Shown in pieces: positions 59,101 through 64,000 of a stretch of 64,000 nucleotides of DNA (positions within the stretch are counted from its first letter, which is position 1; each line of letters starts with the position of its first letter). The notes beneath the pieces are model-generated. The model was not told where the DNA came from and ran no database searches. It saw only the letters and a list, made by a program, of their open reading frames with translations. The position numbers and the translations under genes were made by a program. This DNA comes from Promethearchaeota archaeon (GTDB taxonomy: Archaea; Asgardarchaeota; Lokiarchaeia; Sigyniarchaeales; SOKP01): contig JAUVNS010000010.1 in the NCBI GenBank assembly GCA_030599585.1, forward strand, positions 64,001-128,000, written 5' to 3'.

Positions 59101-62100
59101 CAATAGAGTTTAAACCTATTACAAAAGATGGAAAAAAAATTTGGATAAATTCACAGGCATCTTTAATTAAATTAGACAACGAGTTTTTTATATATATTAT
59201 TGGTCAAGATATCACGGAAAGAAAAAAAACAGAGCTAAAAATAAAAGAATCTGAAGAAAATTATAGAGATTTAGCCAATCAATGGCGAACAACATTCGAT
59301 GCCATGAGTGAAGCTGTTTTTCTACTAGACTTAGAATGTAATATTCTCCAGTGTAATAAAGCTACATTAGATATCTTGGGAGCTGAGAAATATAACGAAA
59401 TAATTGGACATTCGTGTTGTGAGATTATACATGGAACAATCGAACCAGTAGAATGGTGTCCAATGGCGCGTATGATTAAGAGTAGTCATAAAGAAGCCTC
59501 TATTGCTCAAATAGGAGATAAATGGTGTGATATCTCGCTTGATCCTGTTATCAACGATGAAGGAACCCTCATTGGAGCAGTGCACATTATAAAAGATATT
59601 ACAGAACGTAAAAAAGCGGAACGAGAGTTAAAAGAATCTGAACAAGCTTTAAAGGTTTCAGAAGAAAAATATAGATCTTTTATTGAAAATTTTCAAGGAA
59701 TTGCATACCAAGGTTATGAAGATTATTCTGCTGACTTCTTTCACGGAGCAGTAGAAGAAATTACGGGCTATACAACTGAAGATTTTATGTCAGGAAGAAT
59801 AAAGTGGAATCAGCTTTTCCATCCTGATGATGCTTCTAAATTCCGAACCATGCAAGAAAAATTCGGTAAAATCCCACAAACTCAATTAGAATATAGAATT
59901 AAAGCTAAAGATGGATCAACTCATTGGATTTTAAGCAAAACTCAGAAATTTTATGACGAGATCAAGAATAGACTGGGTGGACGAGGAATTTTCATTGATA
60001 TTACTGATAAAAAAAAAGCAGAGCAACAACTCAAAGAATCTGAAGAAAAATTCAGAACCATTGCTGAACAATCTTTTATGAGCATTTATATCATACAAGA
60101 TGGATTGATAAAATATAGGAATCAGCGAGCAGCTGATGTAAGTGAATATAGTGAAGAGGATATTAAAAACTGGAAACCTTATGAGTACGCAAAAGCAATA
60201 CATCCTGAAGATAGAATGTTTGTCTTAGACCAATCTAGAAAGAAGGAAAAAGGTGAAACTGATGTTATTAACCGTCATAAATATCGTATAGTAAAAAAAT
60301 CAGGTGAGATTGCGTGGGTTGATAATTTTTCTAAGACGATTAATTTTATGGGAAAACCTGCAGTTTTAATTATAACAGAAGACATTACAGAAAAAATTTT
60401 AGCAGAACAAAAAATAAAAGAATCAGAAAAAAAATATCGTCATTTATTTGAAAGTTCCCCCTATTTCATAGGATTGATAGATGAAGATGGAATCTTAGTG
60501 GATTGTAATTCGTCTATAAGCAAATTTCTCTCTATGCGGACAAAAGAAGATGTAATAGGTAAAAAAATCCTTGACACTCTCTCAATAGTGGAAGAAAATA
60601 AGGAGATTATACCACTAATGAAAAAATTATTCCAAGAAGCATATTCTAACGAACAAGGGAAATCCTATGAATTTAAATTACATCGATCAATAGGAGGATT
60701 CTTATGGTTGAAAGTAGAAGGTTCTATTGTGGAAATTAACAATCATAAATTATTACAATTTATAGCCCAAGACATTACAAATAGAAAAATGATTGAAGAG
60801 GAATTAAAAGAGTCGGAAATAAAATTTAGAACTATATCTGAACAGTTTCTTATGGGTATTGGGATTTTACAGGATGAGGAAGTAAAATATGCAAATTTGA
60901 AATTAGCTAATATGTATGGATATGATGTTGAGGAATTTATTGGCAAGACATATTCTGAATTCCTAAATTTAATTCATCCCGAAGATAGAGCAAAATTAAT
61001 TAGACAAGTCGAAAAAAGGAAGGATAGAACGCGTGATACTGGGGTCTTTTATCAATTTCGTGCGTTTAAAAAAACAGGTGAACTATTCTGGGCAAACATT
61101 TACTCACGGATAATTACTTATCAAGGGAAACGTGCAGGTTTACTCGCTATTCTTGATAATACTGAAATAAAAATGGCAGAATTAAAACTCAAGGAATCTG
61201 AGGAAAAGTTTAGAAAAATAGCTGAACAGTCATTTATGGGTATAATCATTCGCCAACATGATAGTATTAAGTATGTGAATGAGGCGGCCATAAATATATT
61301 CGGTTACCCTATGGAAGATGTTAAAGAGTGGTCAAATGAATACATCACAGAAAAGTGTATTTACGCCGAAGACTTACCTTACATAAGGGAAAATCGTAGA
61401 ACTGAGAGAGATAGAAAACCCGAAATAAAACAATTTTTATCGTATCGTATCATTACTAAATCAGGAAAATTAAGATGGGTTGATCAATATTCAAAAATAT
61501 TCCTATATCAAGGTGAAATATCGGAATTAATCACTATAGTTGATATAACGGAAAAAAAGGAAGCTGAGAGAATAATAATTGAGGAAAATAAAAAACTTTT
61601 AGAATTAGACAAAATGAGAAGGGATTTTATGATTAGAGCATCACATGAATTAAAAACTCCATTAAATTCCATCTATAGTACTTCAGAATTTCTACTTCAT
61701 TATAATGAGGAAATTTTAGATGAAAAACTCAAGAAATTTCTTAAAATTATATATAAAGGCGGTAAACGATTAAAGATGCTAATAGAAAATTTGCTAGATG
61801 TTTCCAGAATTGAATCAGCAAAATTTGAGTTAAACATGGCTGAAAAAAATATTATAAAGATCATCGAAAATTGTATCAAAGAAGTGTATTTTTTATCCAA
61901 GAGACGAAATATATCAATTATTTTTGAGAAATCTGAGGATATACTATTAGCTTTGGACAAAATTAGGATGGAACAAGTAATTGCGAATATATTAGTAAAT
62001 GCTATTAAAAATACACCTAATTATGGAGAAGTTATAATTAAAACTCTACAGGAAGAAGATCTTGTAAAAATTTCCATTAAAGATACAGGAGTGGGCTTTA

Positions 62101-62300
62101 CTGAAGAAGAAAAATCAAAAACATTCGAGAAGTTTGGAAAGATAGAAAGATATGGTCAAGGAATGGATATTGATACGGAAGGTTCAGGTTTAGGATTATT
62201 TATTTCAAAAGAAATAGTTGAATTACATGGTGGTGACATTGAGTTACTGTCACAGGGGAGAAATAAGGGATCTACATTTATTATTAGACTTCCTTTATAA
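56190..62300 (+). CDS. soluble sensor histidine kinase with 14 PAS domains (start at ATG 56190 by analogy with kinase 1)
   Basis: Fourteen PAS/PAC units; SHELKTPL, NAIK, DTG.G, GSGLGL. Confidence 0.93.
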   Translation: MVVDNLNEGKNSFRRLTENLPGIVYRVLLEDDNRVIFFNDMVHTMTGYSPEELKKGKVCSISPLILPEDKVHVINIVKDAIENNVPFEVEYRIYNKSGELKWFFERGRPIRGDNGNPSYIDGVIFDITKQKEAEKKLKESEEKYRLLFENANDGISILDLEGNFYEVNNLYCTRLGYTREEILKSNIRDIDTQEYADLVSNRILDIREKGFNIFESAHRAKDGRIIPVEISSKSILYDNKPTILSIVRDITERKKIEEELRENEKLLKNAQELAHIGHWKLDPSTMEVSGSDELFKIFGLTHDEASLEKFVEVVHPEDREMDLFHIRRGMEKGESWDIEHRVISKDGTEKWVHALGEAIKDDDDKVIMLMGTVQDITERRKIMEELRIKDIIFNASLSAQSTTDINGIINHANPAFLEMWGYKSKEEAIGNSVGSFFANHNDVVPVFEALRETGKWEGDFVAKRCDGSTFISQGFASAIYNENDGQIGFQSTNLNITKRKEAELKLKNETEKVKKYLGIAGVVILALDIEGNINVLNKKGYKLLKYEEGELIGKNWFETCIPIHNRKDVSGVFESLMRNDIELVEFYENSILTKSGEEKIIAWKNTIIHDDNGKIIGTLSSGEDITERKKAEQKLKESEEKFRLLFESIADPIHIIDEDLKIIYMNPAFERWLKSFNLDLNIIGKNPVEAWPFIGERVNAEYQKVFKTKKIHIKEDWAYADDRSTFTETRKIPILKSGNVVQVITIIRDFSDRKKAEEKLKESEENFRKQNVFLNNILESLTHPLYVINVKDYTIALANSTASSEGLEYGKYCYSLTHNNDKPCEAPCICPFNVVKNTKKTCVVEHTHYDQEGNEKIYEIYGYPILDENGNVVQMIEYAINITDRKIAQQELKKSEEKYRHLFENSPYYIILLDKEGIFIDCNNTTVDIYGYPKEDFYGKNFKEMPIIPPDLLPLLENVMELLFKGEMPPPIEFKPITKDGKKIWINSQASLIKLDNEFFIYIIGQDITERKKTELKIKESEENYRDLANQWRTTFDAMSEAVFLLDLECNILQCNKATLDILGAEKYNEIIGHSCCEIIHGTIEPVEWCPMARMIKSSHKEASIAQIGDKWCDISLDPVINDEGTLIGAVHIIKDITERKKAERELKESEQALKVSEEKYRSFIENFQGIAYQGYEDYSADFFHGAVEEITGYTTEDFMSGRIKWNQLFHPDDASKFRTMQEKFGKIPQTQLEYRIKAKDGSTHWILSKTQKFYDEIKNRLGGRGIFIDITDKKKAEQQLKESEEKFRTIAEQSFMSIYIIQDGLIKYRNQRAADVSEYSEEDIKNWKPYEYAKAIHPEDRMFVLDQSRKKEKGETDVINRHKYRIVKKSGEIAWVDNFSKTINFMGKPAVLIITEDITEKILAEQKIKESEKKYRHLFESSPYFIGLIDEDGILVDCNSSISKFLSMRTKEDVIGKKILDTLSIVEENKEIIPLMKKLFQEAYSNEQGKSYEFKLHRSIGGFLWLKVEGSIVEINNHKLLQFIAQDITNRKMIEEELKESEIKFRTISEQFLMGIGILQDEEVKYANLKLANMYGYDVEEFIGKTYSEFLNLIHPEDRAKLIRQVEKRKDRTRDTGVFYQFRAFKKTGELFWANIYSRIITYQGKRAGLLAILDNTEIKMAELKLKESEEKFRKIAEQSFMGIIIRQHDSIKYVNEAAINIFGYPMEDVKEWSNEYITEKCIYAEDLPYIRENRRTERDRKPEIKQFLSYRIITKSGKLRWVDQYSKIFLYQGEISELITIVDITEKKEAERIIIEENKKLLELDKMRRDFMIRASHELKTPLNSIYSTSEFLLHYNEEILDEKLKKFLKIIYKGGKRLKMLIENLLDVSRIESAKFELNMAEKNIIKIIENCIKEVYFLSKRRNISIIFEKSEDILLALDKIRMEQVIANILVNAIKNTPNYGEVIIKTLQEEDLVKISIKDTGVGFTEEEKSKTFEKFGKIERYGQGMDIDTEGSGLGLFISKEIVELHGGDIELLSQGRNKGSTFIIRLPL

Positions 62301-62379
62301 ATTTATATCTTATTATGTAAAACAGTAAAAATGATAGTGTTTTATCATTTCCTAAAAAAAATAATAGGTCGATGTAACT

Positions 62380-64000
62380 ATGCTTGAGCTAGAAAATGTA
62401 ATAAATAATTCTAAGAAGAAATTAGGATCATTAAGGGAAAAATTAATCGGAGATAATAACCAAGGTAGAGATAATTCAAATATAATTAATGATCTTGATG
62501 AAATCATATCTGAACTAACAGCGTCTTTAGACTCAAAAATTGAAGATCAAGATGTAACAGAGCAAAAACAAATTCAAATGGAATTACATGAAAGTGAAAG
62601 CCTTCTCAAAAATGCTCAAGAATTAGCACATATTAGTCATTGGAAGCTTGATCCTTCAACTATGGAGGTGTCTGGTTCTGATGAGTTATTCAAAATTTTT
62701 GGTCTTACTCACGATGAGGCGACACTTGAACAATTTGCTGAGGTTGTTCACCCCGACGATAGAGAAATGGACTTGTATCATATAAGAAGAGGTATGGAAA
62801 AAGGTGAAAGTTGGGATATTGAACATCGGGTGATCTCTAAGGACGGTACAGAAAAGTGGGTACACGCTTTAGGTGAAGCAATCAAAGATGATGACGGTAA
62901 AATCATCATGTTGATGGGCACTGTACAGGATATTACAGAGCGCAGAAAAATAATGGAAGAGCTTCGTATAAAAGATCTAGTTTTCAATGCTTCTCTTTCT
63001 GCTCAAAGTACAGCAGATATAAATGGAATAATTGATTTTGTAAACCCCGCATTTTTAGAACTGTGGGGTTATAAATCAAAAGAAGAAGCAATTGGGGGTT
63101 CAGTTGGTAGTTTTTTTGCTAATCCTGACGATGCAGTTCCTATCCTTAAAGTACTTACTGAGACGGGGAAGTGGGAAGGCGAATTTTTAGCGAAAAGATG
63201 TGATGGTTCGACATTTCTTTCACAAGGGTTTGCTTCAACCATGTATAATGAAAATGGTGACCAGATTGGATTTCAATCAATAAATCTTAATATTACAAAA
63301 CGCAAAGAAGTTGAACAAAAACTAAAAGAATCCGAAGAAAAATTTAGATTATTATTTGAATCTATTGCGGACCCTATCCATGTCATTGATGCAGATTTAA
63401 AGATTATTTATTTTAATCCCGCTTTTGAAAGATGGTTAAAATCATTTAACTTGGATTTAAATATTATTGGAAGAACTCCCGTTGAAGCATGGCCCTTTAT
63501 TGGAGAGAGGGTATATGGTGAATACCAAGAAATCTTTAAAACTAAAAAAATACACATTAAAGAAGATTGGGCCCATTTTAATGATATTCATACCTTTACC
63601 GAAACTAGAAAAATACCCATTCTTAAGTCTGGGAATGTTTTTCAAGTAATTACTATTATAAGAGATTTTTCTGAGCGAAAAAAAGCTGAACAAAAGTTAA
63701 AAGAATCGGAAGAAAATTTTCGAAAACAAAATGTATTTCTTAACAATATTTTAGAATCCCTCACGCATCCGCTCTATGTTATAAATGTTAAGGATTATAC
63801 AATAGCATTAGCTAATTCTACCGCTTCTTCTGAAGGTTTAGAACATGGGCAATATTGTTATAACCTTACTCATAATAGTAATAAGCCATGTGAAGCTCCT
63901 TGTATATGTCCACTTAATGTAGTGAAAAATACTAAAAAAGTTTGCGTAGTAGAACATAAACATTACGATCAAGAGGGAAATGAGAAAACTTATGAAATCT
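62380..64000 (+). CDS. third multi-PAS protein, probably a histidine kinase; runs off the window end and is absent from the ORF track
   Basis: ATG at 62380 (MLELENVINNSKKKLG...); frame appears open to the window edge; PAS modules nearly identical to kinase 2 PAS3, 4, 6 and 7. Confidence 0.88.
   Translation, partial: MLELENVINNSKKKLGSLREKLIGDNNQGRDNSNIINDLDEIISELTASLDSKIEDQDVTEQKQIQMELHESESLLKNAQELAHISHWKLDPSTMEVSGSDELFKIFGLTHDEATLEQFAEVVHPDDREMDLYHIRRGMEKGESWDIEHRVISKDGTEKWVHALGEAIKDDDGKIIMLMGTVQDITERRKIMEELRIKDLVFNASLSAQSTADINGIIDFVNPAFLELWGYKSKEEAIGGSVGSFFANPDDAVPILKVLTETGKWEGEFLAKRCDGSTFLSQGFASTMYNENGDQIGFQSINLNITKRKEVEQKLKESEEKFRLLFESIADPIHVIDADLKIIYFNPAFERWLKSFNLDLNIIGRTPVEAWPFIGERVYGEYQEIFKTKKIHIKEDWAHFNDIHTFTETRKIPILKSGNVFQVITIIRDFSERKKAEQKLKESEENFRKQNVFLNNILESLTHPLYVINVKDYTIALANSTASSEGLEHGQYCYNLTHNSNKPCEAPCICPLNVVKNTKKVCVVEHKHYDQEGNEKTYEI

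Noticed and set aside
51071-64000. CRISPR array or diversity-generating retroelement behind the repeats
   Set aside because: The repeats are in-frame coding PAS modules and linkers, the differences are not adenine-specific, and no cas or RT gene is present.

Overview
An AT-rich archaeal chromosomal window, most likely from an Asgard archaeon (Lokiarchaeia-like). This is inferred from a stand-alone roadblock/LC7 gene, an EF-2 paralog lacking the diphthamide loop, aCPSF1/FttA, an A1-U72 tRNA-Gln without encoded CCA, and GGTGA/GGAGG ribosome-binding sites. Housekeeping and metabolic genes include asnS, gatA, gatB, purN, aCPSF1, peptidases, acyl-CoA enzymes, a sugar isomerase, a haloalkane dehalogenase, two GT87 glycosyltransferases and Fe-S proteins. 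A small accessory zone at about 22.9-31.2 kb holds a DNA methyltransferase, a coupled gene pair ending in an HNH-like domain, and an OLD-family nuclease bracketed by a 35-bp direct repeat that splits the 5' end of the isomerase gene. The window ends in three tandem, very large soluble multi-PAS histidine kinases built from near-identical PAS cassettes exchanged at a shared linker. Highlights not shown in the ORF track are a candidate ~170-nt structured ncRNA with its own TATA box and oligo-T terminator (41439-41618), a second ~100-nt structured element upstream of the EF-2 paralog, four genes apparently starting at ATT/ATA/CTG codons, a 57-aa Cys-rich microprotein and a tRNA-Gln with C33. Also notable is a 790-aa protein that fuses Zn fingers and UFL1/DDRGK/PCI-like winged helices to a coat-appendage-like C-terminus. 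All family assignments come from recognising motifs by eye; no searches were run.
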